64,000 nt of DNA from Eledone cirrhosa (taxonomy: Eukaryota), in the NCBI GenBank assembly GCA_964016885.1, contig OZ024741.1, positions 221,836,001 through 221,900,000 of the forward strand, read 5' to 3'. Positions 38,429-51,004 of the stretch are shown piece by piece. Each line of letters starts with the position of its first letter. Positions within the stretch are counted from its first letter, which is position 1. Below the pieces are notes generated by a model. The model was not told where the DNA came from, did no database searches, and saw only the letters and a list, made by a program, of their open reading frames with translations. The position numbers and the translations under genes are program-made.

Positions 38429-39789
38429 CTGAAAAGAAAAGAAATATTTTTTTATATTCATCATCAGCATCAAGGGTTGGACAGGTCATGCCAGACCAGT
38501 CAATATTTAATCACAACTGAAGTGTCCCCTCATTCCTTTTTTGGCATGGCTTTTACAGTTGGATGCCCTTCCTACCACCAACCATCTTACAGAATGTACT
38601 GAGTGCATTTTTCATGATACCAGCACTAGGGAAGTTATGTCATAAAAGTAAATATGTATCACAAAATGAAACCCCAAAACTGGAAGTGATGAAAGTATAT
38701 TGGTAAACTATCTTTTTCTGCCTGTGATATCCGAGACGTTCAGGGAAGGTAGGTCACCGACAAATGGGTTCTTGTAATTGTTGGTAGCTTACATTACTGA
38801 AGTATTGGGTGAGATGCTCCTGCTGAGTGTGCTTGACTATTCCATAATCTCACTATCACCCGACTTCAGTGAAGTATCAGCTGATGCTTGGTTATTTCTG
38901 GGTCTAAACTTGATATCACCTGATCTTATGAAAGTGTGGCTCCTAGTGAGGGTGCTTGGCTATTCCAGTACCTTAGCCATGCCTTCACCCAGCATTACTG
39001 AAGTATCAGGTGATGTTGATGGGGGTCCTTAGCTATTCCAGCACCTTAACCTCACTAACCCATGGCAATGCTGTATCTTGGCTTGCCTAAAATATTCATA
39101 GAAAGGAACCCTAACATCCCAGGTTGTGGCGTGTAATTGACGATGCATGCCTTCTCCCACTTTGCTTTTTGTATTCTTCTTCTTTCCTCTGATTAATTTG
39201 TTTCTGCAGATTGTTAACCTTTTGATAATTTCTGTAAGGTAAATAACTTTTAATTTTTCAGAGTGTGGCATCTGGGATCAGTAACAGTCTTTTATTATAG
39301 CCTTGGATTGACCCAAACTTTGTGATTTAAAAGTGAATGGAAGTCACACTGATTCTACTAGAAGGTTTATGGAATACTCAGCCATTCACAATGGTAATTC
39401 AATCAGCAGGTAGTTCCGTTGATCAAATAATTTGGATATTGATCGTTGAAACTCACGTTGATCTAATCATTTTCATTATATACAATTAAACCAACTGTGA
39501 GACAGACACTACACTGCTGTTTCAGTCATTCTCCGCGAACAAAATGGTAAAGGCGTTACCATGGAGCCACACCACTTCCCGACTTTAACGGCAGTGTGCA
39601 GACCAAGGATGCCAGAGGTCTCGATGGAGGCCGGTTCAAAGAGGAATCAGTCGGTCAGACACCGGTATATGACCATCTTCCTCTTCTCCGCATTGCGGAC
39701 AGCGAAGTCCGAGTTTGTGGGCAAAGCGACAAGGTTGGAGGCGGAGAATGAATTGCTATTTTGTTTTATTATCACAATAACTTCATCAT

Positions 39790-40080
39790 TCAACGTCCGT
39801 TTGACTTAGTGATTGGACTGCTCGGCCACGATCGTAAAGTCGTAACTTCGAATCCAGGCGGTGCGCTGTGTCCCTGAACATAACATTTTATTTCATATAG
39901 TTACAGTCCATTCAGCTGGGGTAAAATGAATTATATCTGTAATTCCAAGAGCTAGCTGTGTCACACACACTGTCACGCTGAATTTCTGAGAACTAAGTTA
40001 AGGATACACGTGTCTACTTATACGTTAGTTTCATGAGCAGGCTGTTCCAATATAACAGGAACACTCGTCGTCGGAGTTAA
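39790..40080 (+). mobile_element. Second tRNA-related SINE family
   Basis: B-box-like ttcgaatcc, then tgtgtccctga.ca..acattttatttca. Related copies occur at about 18380-18475, 29875-30005, 44740-44850 and 51305-51400. Confidence 0.55.
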
Positions 40081-40476
40081 CACATCCTACTAGCAAAGGT
40101 TTGTTGGGTTGTCACATGCGAAGTCAGTACTTAATTTGGGACACTAACCTCTCAGACGGGCCGGGGGCGACATCTCCCTTACATACATAAAAAAAAGAAA
40201 ATATCACATGCACAGAATATCAAGTAATCTCTTTTCCACGTATCTGCTGGAATTTCGACTTATTAAGGAAAAGAAAATATTTAAAATTAAATTGTGTTTG
40301 ATAAAGATTATAGAAAATTATCGTAATAGAATTAAACTGTTTATTTTATTGCTGTTCGCAGGGGTAGTTAATATATCTTCTAGAAACAGATGGGAGCCGC
40401 CTTAACATCGCGTCTAACTACATCGAAGGATCGCCAATTGTTAAAATTAAACTGAAAGCAAAACGTAAATATTTAC

Positions 40477-40536
40477 CGCCGTATCACTGCGACTTTTTAC
40501 TGTTTTTGAATTTTTCTTATTAATATTTAGATCCAT
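40477..40536 (-). CDS. LCMT2: LCMT2/TYW4 exon 1 (MDLNINKKNSKTVKSRSDTA)
   Basis: ATG, 20 open codons and a GTAAAT donor in phase 0. It joins exon 2 to give the conserved (D)TAVQGTND motif. Confidence 0.85.
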
Positions 40537-42839
40537 ATCTATGATGTTTACAAGTACTACAAACACATGGCCTAATGTTAGCCTTATAATACTTCACTTC
40601 AGTATTGACTTATTAAAAAGATCGCCAGCTGAACCACTTTATAATATTTCACTGCAGTATTATCTGAGTTAAAGGTCGTCAGCTGAACGACTTCGAAAAT
40701 ATTACTCGATTATTCAGTGGGCTAAAGATTGCCAGCTGCGAGAATATTTTACTCAAGTATCAGTTGTATTAATGGTCATCAGCTAAACCATACAGAGGCA
40801 TAGAAAAATCCTCTCTGAGGTTCCCAATGAATCCCTTAATAAGGGATGGTACATTTAAAATATTAACACTATTTCCTTGGTGACATTATCTCTGATTCTT
40901 ATTTTTCTTCTTCTCCTGATTTTGTTACCTGAATATTTACAACCCCACTTGCATTGTAGCAGCTTCCTAGACAACCACTTCATAGTATTTCATTCAAATA
41001 TTAACTAGGTTCAAGATTGTCAGCTGAATCATACAACAAATATTATATAATCTAGTGGTTAAATGGTGTCAACAAAAGGGCACCTAAAAGACATGGCCTG
41101 TCTCCTATAGACCAAAACACTTACATGAGGACAAGGGAAGGGGTTTCTTCTGTCCAGCTCTCTTGAGATTTTTACCTTTCAAAGAATGTCCTGCTAGTGT
41201 GGTTTCATGCATAACATGACCCATAGTATATTGGGCATGCAAGACCAATAGTAGTATAGATGGAATATGTTTAGGTTTGTGAATTGGCAGAGCCATTAGT
41301 ACATTGGATAAATGCTTTGTGGTTTTTGTTACAGCTCTTTACATTCTGAGCTCAAAATACTGTCACGGTCAACTTTGCTTTTAATCTTTTCAGGGGTCAA
41401 TAAAATAAAATATGTTGAAATCTGGGATCAATTTAATTGATTTCCCCTCCATTAAATTATTGGCCTTGTGTGTAAATTAGAAATCCTTTTTACAGCACAT
41501 CATAAATAATGAGTTTTTCTTGTCTCTGGTGTTGTAGCGGTGCAGTATGTCTTGGACATTTAAATTTGAGCACATCTCTCTCCAGGTCAGAACACAGCCA
41601 ATTTCCTCAAGAGACAGAAAGGAAGAATTGACAGCTATACTGGACTGGTACTTTATTAACCTGGAGAGGAAGAAAGGAAAAGTTCACCTTGGTGGGATTT
41701 CAACTCAGAGCACAGTGAGTCAGAACAAATACCAAGGTTTTAATAACCCAACACCTTACAATACCATACCTCTCCAGGTCTAAACACTACTGATTCCTTC
41801 AAGAGAGATGGGGGTGATGTGAGAAAGAGAGACATTGGTAGAATCAACTCCAGTACTAAACTGGTACTTTATTTATTAACCTCAAAAGGATGAAAGGCAA
41901 AGTTTATTTCGATAGGATTTGAGCACAGAAAGCTGGAACAAATACCATAAAGCAGTATATCCGATGTTCATTACCTGAGTACTCTTATAAAATAAATCAA
42001 TAAAAAGGCAAAATATCATAAATAAATTTATAAACAAATAATTTATCAGAAACACTTGTGAAATTGAATACAAAGTTAAAGTTCATAAAAATAAATATTT
42101 ATTGAAAATATAAAAAATTAAATCAATTTCCTTTTGGCAGTGACATGCATTGAATACACTCTAACCCAGAATTCATAAGTTTGGAATTTTAAATTTCTTA
42201 ACCCTTTTGTCGCTATACTTCTAATAAAATACTCTAGATTGAGATTCATTAATAAAGAATTTGGTAGGGATTTACTAAAATGATTATTTTATTATTAAGA
42301 TGTTAAAAGATTCTATCAAATTATGTTAGGTTTTAATTTAACTCTTAACACCCTGTACTGTATGAAACATTAAAAAGACAGCAATATGATTGCATCACAT
42401 TAAATATTAAACTGCAAATTTTCACAATGGTTTCCCCAGTAATAAAAATACTATAAATATTTGAATTAACAAACCATATTAGCAAGTCGTTATTGAAAAG
42501 TATAAAACAGCACTATGACTGCATCACATTAAATATGAAAATATTTAATACTGAAATTTTTCACAATCTGTGAAGATACTATAAAGATTTTTAGTTACCA
42601 AACTTGTTTTTAGATATTTCCTCCCAAATCATTACAAGATGTTAAGAGTTAAATAGGAACTCTAAAATGGTTTGTTTCATTGAAACAGAAGCCAATTTGG
42701 TAACAAAAGGGTTAAATAAGAATTTCTAGTAACCAAAAAAAAAAAAAGGAAGATAATACACAATAGGAACTTCTTCAAGTCTCTCTTCCAAACTATTAAT
42801 TTTATAAATATCAACACAACAGTTTAAGGTAATTTTCCT

Positions 42840-43945
42840 TGCATGCAAGCTTCTCTATGTTTCTCTATCACCTGCATCACCACTCACTAACTCCTGGTTT
42901 TCATTTCCTCCTCCATTATCATTAGCCATGTCTTTCTTTATCTTCCATTTTCTTTACTTCTTTCCACAGTCATTTCCATCACTCCTCTCACCGTCACTTT
43001 TGTCCTTCCTCAACACGACCCAACCATCTCATGAAATATCAAAAGGCTGAGCACTATCATATTTTTTTTTTTTTACTTCAACATAATTTTTTTTTTTAAA
43101 AACACTTTAGTCTTTATTGTGTTGTATCAGATGAAAGAATGATATTTAACTAATGTATCGGTACGCGATGGGGCCCACCCACAGCCCCGACGGACAGAAT
43201 GGAGAAGGCGATTCCCCATCTCATTCAATTTCTCTTCACAACATTCATCACTGGCTTTATACCCATCATTCTCTGCAAATCATTGTCTTCCTCTCTCTGT
43301 GTTAATCCACTCATCCATCAAACCATTCTCATTTCCATTCTTTCCAGCCTTCTTTGTTGTTTCAAACTTCATCACCCATGTCTCGCTCCCATACATCAAG
43401 ACACTTCTCATATATACCTTTTCCTTCAGTTTCAGCAACAATTCCCTCCTCATTGGTACACACTCAATTCCGAGAATTCCGTGCACATCATACTGTAAAT
43501 ATTGTTGCTGAATCAAATCCACTTTCTCCATTCAATGTTACACTTCTCTCAAGATCCAGCTCAACAGCCTCTCCATCTGTAGCTCCCTTCATACATTTTT
43601 TATGTACTCACCCAGTGCATATCATACATTTAATGAAGTCCACTCTCTCACCCTTCATGCACACTACACGCAGCAACCTTTTTATTATTTCCATCTCACC
43701 ACATCCTTTACCACTTGCAATCACCTTCATCTTTATATCTTTTGCCTCCATACATTTCTTCCACCTATTCACCTTCAGTCCATCCATACTCTCTGCTATT
43801 AACACCAGGTCATCCGCATACAGTAACTCCCATAGTAAACCCTCCTTTACATTTTGGGCCAGTACTTCCATCACAACTACAAACAGTAGTGGTCTTAATA
43901 CTGACTCCTGATGCACTCCAACCTTCACTTCAAATTCATCGCTTC
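42840..43945 (-). mobile_element. Old RTE fragment
   Basis: ORF 43608..43928 has VGVHQ.SVL and WELLYADD; ORF 43280..43531 has YGSETW. Confidence 0.8.
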
Positions 43946-44989
43946 ATTTCTAGAAGCCACTGTCAAAAGAAAATTATTTCACACATCAAAATTAAACAAG
44001 GTCATAGTTTAATAATTGAAACCAATAAACTAGTATGGTACCTCAGCATGGTCACAGTATAATGACTAAAACAAGTAAAATAGTGTGGTGCCCCAGCATG
44101 GTCACAGTCTTATTATTGAAACCAGTGGACCAGGGAAAAAAAACCTTTAAAAACCTAAATATTGTTGCTATTTCTAAAAGGAGAGGCAATAGACATAGAA
44201 TGTCAGTAGGTGTAATTCGTTTATTAATTTCATCTTTGTATCTTACAGAAAGTGGATAAATTTTTGCATGAGAAGGAACACACAGACATTGTAGGGAAAA
44301 TATCATCATCATTTTCATATAAACATTGACTCACACACATCTATAAAGGGATTAAAATGGTTAAAGTCTGTCTCAAGCAAGGAGTCTCATCAGACCAGAG
44401 CTTTTCCCAGTTTTGCTGGTGTTTAAGTGACAGAGTATAAGGCAAGGTTAAAGTCTGACCTATCATTGGTTTAAAGTTTGTTCCAAGCCAGGAAACACAT
44501 CAGTCCATTGCAGAGTTAATGTCTTTCCAAAGCCCAGAGGCTCATCAAATTAGAGCTTAACCTGATTTCATTAGCATTTAAGCAACTAAGAGTACAATAC
44601 TCACTCTTGGACAGCATGTCCCAGGCCCAGAGCTTATCCTAGTTTCATTGGTGTTAAGTAACTGTGAGTAAAATACTACCTCCAGATCATTGCAGGTTTA
44701 ACCTCCAGCTGCTGCTGTTAGTACTCATTTTCAAATAAGTGGACAGGAGCAACAGGAAATGAAGTGCTTTGCTCACGAACCCAATGGGTCACTCTATCCA
44801 GGAATTGAACCCATGATATTACAATCATAAGCCAAACACCCTAACCACTAGACTGTTGTATACCTCCATAATAATATAAAACAAATGCTACTATGATTAT
44901 TGTTTAGGAATAAGATGCATGAAATGTAATGACATGAAATAATCCAATATTTTACTCTGAATTTTGTGAGAGAGACAATGTTCAGCTGT

Positions 44990-45200
44990 AATAAGTGGTG
45001 GGTAGCTTTAGAAATTAGAGACATTTACAGCAAAGTCTGGTACTACAAAGTGGTGGGTAGTTTTAGAAATTACAGATATTTACAGAAAAATATGGTAGTA
45101 AGTAGTGGGTAGTTTTAGAAATTAGAGATATTTACAGAAAAGTTTGATAGTAAAGGGGGGAGGGTAATTCTAGAAATTCTAGATATTGACAGAAAGTCTG
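44990..45200. repeat. ~52-57-bp tandem repeat, 4 copies
   Basis: aagtggtgggtagttttagaaattagagatatttacagaaaag recurs. Confidence 0.85.
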
Positions 45201-47634
45201 ATACATATATTCTGTTTGAGCAAGAGATAAATAGTTCTAAAAAGTTGAACTAAATACATCAGCATGTTTGATATGTCAGTTGTTGTTTAACGCCAGGTCA
45301 ACACTGATGATTGAGCAGACCTATGAAGAAAGGCATTACAGCCATGACCATTTTGTATTTTTAAGGGTATATCTAGGACATTACCCAATGTGTTTTTAAT
45401 GTTAGGGGCCCCAGTCATATCATATGCACACATATGTATGTTGTTGTTACACCTATATAGCATTAGCTGGCCTCCTATTATGTTGTATCACATAGGTAGG
45501 TTTGGAGTGTTTTAATGATAGAGGCTCTAGTTCCATCATACACACACATCTGTTGTTATTACATCTTATACCCATATAGGCTTAGCTGGCCTCCTATGAG
45601 GTTATATCTCATAGGTTTCTCAGGTGTTTTAATGATAAAAGTCTCCAGTCCTATCATGAAAAACAATGTAAAATGAAGCATTTTGCCAAATGATTGTGAG
45701 TTCAAAAGCATAACCACTTGATCACGTGTCTTCAGGAAGATTTGGCTGCTTTTTCTAACAGGTTTAACAACTATACCGAGGATAAGTACACAACATTAGT
45801 TACTATAACCAGACCACAACAAAATGATGATTGAAGTTAGACAGGAATTTCTTTCAACATATCAAAATGATGGTAAGTATTAGGATGAGCTTTAAACACA
45901 ATAATGTTTATATAAAGAGTGGTGTGCCCATGTGTGGAGATATTATAAAATAGAGTGAAGACCCTTAAAGGTAGAAAAAGAAGTTGCTATCAGCTGTTAT
46001 GATGTCAACTTCTTTTTCTGTCTTTTTTCCACCCATGAGCACACCACTCTTTATATTAACTTTATCCTCTTAGTGCTTTGCATATACAATGTTAATATAT
46101 TTTCGTAGTTGAGCTGTATTAGTAACCAAGTCACAAACAGTGTGATGAACATTTTGAAATCAAAAAATATATGATAAATGTTAAGCAAAATTAATAAAAG
46201 AACTGTGTCAGTGACCAGGTCACACTGTAGGGGAAATGTTGACACTAAGTAATAAATGATAAATGTAATATAAAGTGAACAGTAGAACTGTATCAGTGAT
46301 CTGGTCACACAAAATCTGATGAAAATTTTGATACAAAGAAATATATGATAAATGTAAAGTGAAATTAATAGTTTGTGTACTTTTGATTGGCAATTACAAT
46401 TACATCATCGAATGTTCAACAATGTAATTGCAATATTTATTCAATGACAGTAAAAGATGTTATTTCTCATATTACCAATGCTGCCTGTAGGAGTGATGTT
46501 TGAATTGAAAAGGTGTTAGTCAAAAAATATCATTATTTATGTATAATGTAAGATGATGTAGTATTTGGTATTTGAGAAAGTAAAATGGTGTAAAAATGGC
46601 ACAGAATATGTTGAAGTGTCTGTTTCAGGGTTGAATGTAGAAAATTAAAATATCATGAGAAGTGATCAGTGATAGGGAAGTTATTAAAATATGTAAAAGG
46701 TTTGTTGTAAAATAGGATTTTTTTTTCAACTAAAGCAAATGAAAAACAAAGATTATCCAATATTGTTAAGAAAATTGTTGAAACACTTTAACCATTTTGA
46801 TACCAACCTGGTCAAAACCAACTCTGGTTCATTAAAACAAAACCACCCATTTTAAAGAGTTCCTATTAAAATACTAAATCTTCCAACATAATTTTATATA
46901 AGAACCATATGGTAAGTTATTATCTTAGTAATGAAATAATTAAATTTTAGTAAATCCCTCAGTTTATTTCAATAGAAATATGGTTATGAAAGGATTAATA
47001 ATTTTGTTACCATATTTCTAATGAAAGATATTTCCTATGAGTTTCAAATAATTTTGAAAATAATGAAGAATTTAAAAGGATTTAGTAATATAACTAACTT
47101 TCATGATTAAGTTGATATTTTGAACATAATGGTTTACTACATAAAAATATGATGGAAGGTTTTTAGATAAATACGAACACTTTAAAATAAACATGTTTTG
47201 TATCTAGGGTGGTTTCAGGCAGTTTGGTAATAAAATGGTTTAAATAAATGATGCTGGCAGTGAGTGAATGTTTGATAGATCAAAGAAGAATCAAGGTCCA
47301 GTGATAGTTCGGTTTATCATTTAAACTTTTTCTTTTTCATCAAAAGCTGAAAAAAAAAAAAAAACGTTTTAGTTGATAAATTCTCATATGAAAAAATTAT
47401 TAGAAATATAGAAAAAAACTTCATTGGCAAAAGTCAATTAATACTTAACCGGCATTTAAACCGGTCATATCCGGTCAGAATTCTCTCACCTCTTTCTGTT
47501 CAAACTGGCTGTAACTGGCAGCTCATACTTATTGCTCTCAAAATAACTCATATCAAAATCTCGTAGATTCGATATTATGTGAAATATATGTGAGGTAAAG
47601 CCTTTACCACGAAAATATAATAGTAAATATAGAG

Positions 47635-47930
47635 CAGTGGTTCCCAACCTTTTGTGCCCCATGACTCACCTCAACATCTCAAACATTTTTATGCCCCACT
47701 TTGATATAAAAACAGCAATGATCAACTACAAAGTTTAAACAAATTGGCACATGGGTGATGCCAGATGCACAATAACATGTGGAGGGGGTGAGACAGGAGT
47801 TCCCAACCATAATTTGTTCCAAATTTGCCTTGATTTTAAAGTAATAGGGTAAAATCTGAAGTTTGCTCTCATTAACATCATTTTCAAATTGATCCCCTGT
47901 GAGACATGCATTCCATGTTGGGAACCACTG
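47635..47930. mobile_element. hAT (Charlie-like) MITE nested in a piggyBac-type MITE
   Basis: TIR CAGTGGTTCCCAAC / GTTGGGAACCACTG with an 8-bp TSD (ATATAGAG). Confidence 0.9.
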
Positions 47931-48225
47931 ATATAGAGTAATTTAAATGTTAAATGGTTAATGTCCTGTACCACATGAAACCACATTAACTAGATATTCT
48001 CGAAAAGGAAAAAACAGTACTATGACAATGTCACATTAAATATTTAAATCTTTACACTAATACAGCAAATTTTCAATCTGTCCACTATTAAAAATACTCA
48101 AAAGATTCAAATTAATCTCCTGCCAGGAGCTGCAACCAGTAAATAGTATCAGAAATGGAAAGACCAATGGAAACAATGTTTCCTTGGTCTGGTCTGAAGA
48201 TCAGCTCCTTTCCTTTAAAGATATA

Positions 48226-50273
48226 TAGATTACTAAATGAGGAGAATGCATGGGAAGAAGAGACCCTACCCCAAGTAGACCCTATAGAGGGGCCAGCAGT
48301 ACAAGTCAGCAGCAACGTAGTAAGTAAGGCAATCAAAGATATGAAGATGGGGAAGGCAACCGGTCCATCGGGTATAGCTGCCGAGATGCTGAAGGCATCT
48401 GGGTCTGTAGGTCACACTATAACCACACATATTGTTAACCAGGTAATACTAGAAGGTATCATACCAAAAGATTGGTGCAGTAGCATCATTGTCAACTGCT
48501 ACAAAGGTAAAGGTGATGCACTAGATAGAGGAAACTATAGAGGTATAAAGCTGATGGACCAGGTCATGAAAGTAACAGAAAGAGTTATAGCACAGTTGAT
48601 TAGGGACCGGGTGAAACTAGACGAGATGCAATTTGGGTTTGTACCAGGAAGAGGCACCACTGATGCCCTCTTCCTTGTCAGGCAGTTACAGGAAAAGTAC
48701 CTAGCTAAAAGTAAGCCACCCACTCTACCTGGCATTTGTCGACCTTGAGAAAGCCTTTGACAGAGTTCCACATGCTGTAATCTGGTAGGCTCTTAGAAAA
48801 CTAGTAGATGAATGGCTTGTGAAAGCAGTACAAGCCATGTATAGGGGAGCAGTCAGCAAAGTTAGGATTAGCAATGAGTATAGCGAGGAATTTAGCGTAC
48901 AGGTTGGGGTCCACCAGGGCTCTGTTCTTAGCTACCTCCTGTTCATCATAGTCCTGCAGGCAATAACGGAGGAGTTTAAGACCGGATGCCCATGGGAACT
49001 CCTGTACGCTGATGACCTCGCACTTATAGCTGAACTATGGTAGAACTAGAGAAGAAATTCCAAACTTGGAAGCAGAGACTAGAAAGAAAGGGTCTCAAAG
49101 TCAACATGACAAAGACTAAGGTCCTTGTAAGTAGACGAGAAAACAGAACCCAGATCCCCTCAGGGAAATGGCCTTGCTCAGTATGTAGGAAAGGTGTAGG
49201 TAGGAACTCCATTCTCTGCCCCAAATGCAAACAATGGGTACACAAGAGATGTAGCAGGATCTCAGGAAGCTTAATTAAGAATGTAGGCTTCACATGCAGC
49301 AGCTGTGCTGGGACAGCAAGCAGCAAACAGCCACAGGAAACAAGTACCACCAATCTCTGGAAGGGCTCTGTAGAAACAGTAGACAGCTTCTGCTACCTAG
49401 GTGACCGAATTAGCAGCGGAGGTGGGTGTTCAGAAAGTACAATAACTAGGGTAAGAACGGGATGGAAGAAGTTTGGGGAACTACTACCACTGCTAGCTGC
49501 AAAAGGCTTCTCCCTCAAAATGAAAGGCAGACTGTATGATGCATGTATCCGAACAGCGATGTTGCATGGTAGTGAGACCTGGGCGCTGAAGGTGGAAGAC
49601 TTACATAGATTAGAGAGAAACGAAGCCTGCATGCTCCAATGAATGTGTAACAGTAATATACGCGAACGACAAAGCATAAATGAATTGAGAGAGAGACTGA
49701 ACATAAGAGTAATCAAATGCTGTGTGCAGGTGAGGCGGTTGCGCTGGTATGGACACGTGATGTGTATGAAGGATGACAGCTGCATAAAAAGGTGCAGAGC
49801 ACTAGAAGTCGATGGAAACCGCGGAGTGGGGAGACCCAAGATGACCTGGGATGAGGTGATAAAAGCCGACCTTACCCAATTACACCTCTCAAAGGCGATG
49901 ACACACGACCGTGACCTCTGGCGTCACGCAGTAATACAGAGTACCCGACCTCCCATGGGTAGAAGCAGAAGCATATAGACAATATGCCCCCACACCTCCC
50001 ACCGCAAGGTGGTCGTGGAGGTGCCACGGCAAAAAAGCACCCAGCCCACACTGTAAAATGGACGTGTAGGCGCCACGAAAAAGCACCCAGCACTCACTGT
50101 AAATGAGGTTGGTGTTAGGAAGGGCATCCAGCTGTAGAAATCAAGCCAAATCAGTTCCTGTATGAGCAAGGCATGGTCAACCGACCAGACACTGCCCACA
50201 ACAGGACAACCCGTCTAACCCATGCTAGCGTGGAAGAACGGACGTAAAACGGTGATGATGATGATGATGATGA
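48226..50273 (+). mobile_element. 5'-truncated RTE LINE (RT, PHD-like finger, 3' UTR)
   Basis: ORFs 48155, 48819, 49037 and 49643; YADD; (GAT)n tail. Confidence 0.92.
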
Positions 50274-50504
50274 TTCATGGTTTGTTAGACTGACAGATAG
50301 TATCAGCAATGGAAAGACCAATGGAAACATTGTTTCCTTGGTCCAATTTAATGATTGGCTCTTTTTATTTTTCGATTAAGTACACTCCATTCCATTACAA
50401 ACGTCATTAAATTTAGTTTTTCATGTTTTAATTTCAAATCAAACAAAGTTTAAGGAAAATACCTAAACCATTTTTTTCTTAAAACATTAACAGAAACTAA
50501 AGCT

Positions 50505-50895
50505 ATTACGTCCCTTTACGATCTGAGTTCAAATCCCGCCGAGGTTGACTTTGCCTTCATCCTTACGGGGTCGATAAAATAAAGTACCAGTAATGCACTG
50601 GGTAATTGCTGGCCTTGTGCCTAAAGTAGAAACAATTATCTAAACTTAGGGTGGTGAACTGGCAGAATCGATAGTGTTGGACAAATTGCCTTACAGTATT
50701 TAGTTACAACTCCTTTCTTTCTAAACTCAAATCCCACCATGGTCAACTTCTCCTTTCATCCTTCTTGGGTTGATAAAATAAAGTACCAACCAAGTACTGG
50801 TGTTGATAAAATAAAGTACAAGTCAAGTACTGGAGTCATAATCAACTTATCCCTCCACTAAAATTGTTGGCTTTATGCCTAAATTACAAACCAAT
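50505..50895 (+). mobile_element. Two tandem tRNA-SINEs immediately 3' of the MPLKIP stop codon
   Basis: A young truncated copy (50505-50634) and an older copy (50649-50895) with TSD attatctaaactta at 50635-50648 and 50896-50909. Confidence 0.85.
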
Positions 50896-50896
50896 A

Positions 50897-51004
50897 TTAT
50901 CTAAACTTACATTTCAGATTTTTCCAAGGATCTTCTAACATAGAGGGTTTAAAATAATTTGCAATATTATCATCTGAGAAAGATCTGCTGTTATTAAAAC
51001 TGAC
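50897..51004 (-). CDS. MPLKIP: MPLKIP/TTDN1 exon 2 (VSFNNSRSFSDDNIANYFKPSMLEDPWKNLKCKFR*)
   Basis: tttcAG acceptor. YFKPSMLEDPW is the conserved MPLKIP C-terminal motif. TAA at 50897-50899; an internal GTAAGT donor at 50905-50910 is an alternative end. Confidence 0.88.
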   Translation of the reverse strand, partial: VSFNNSRSFSDDNIANYFKPSMLEDPWKNLKCKFR

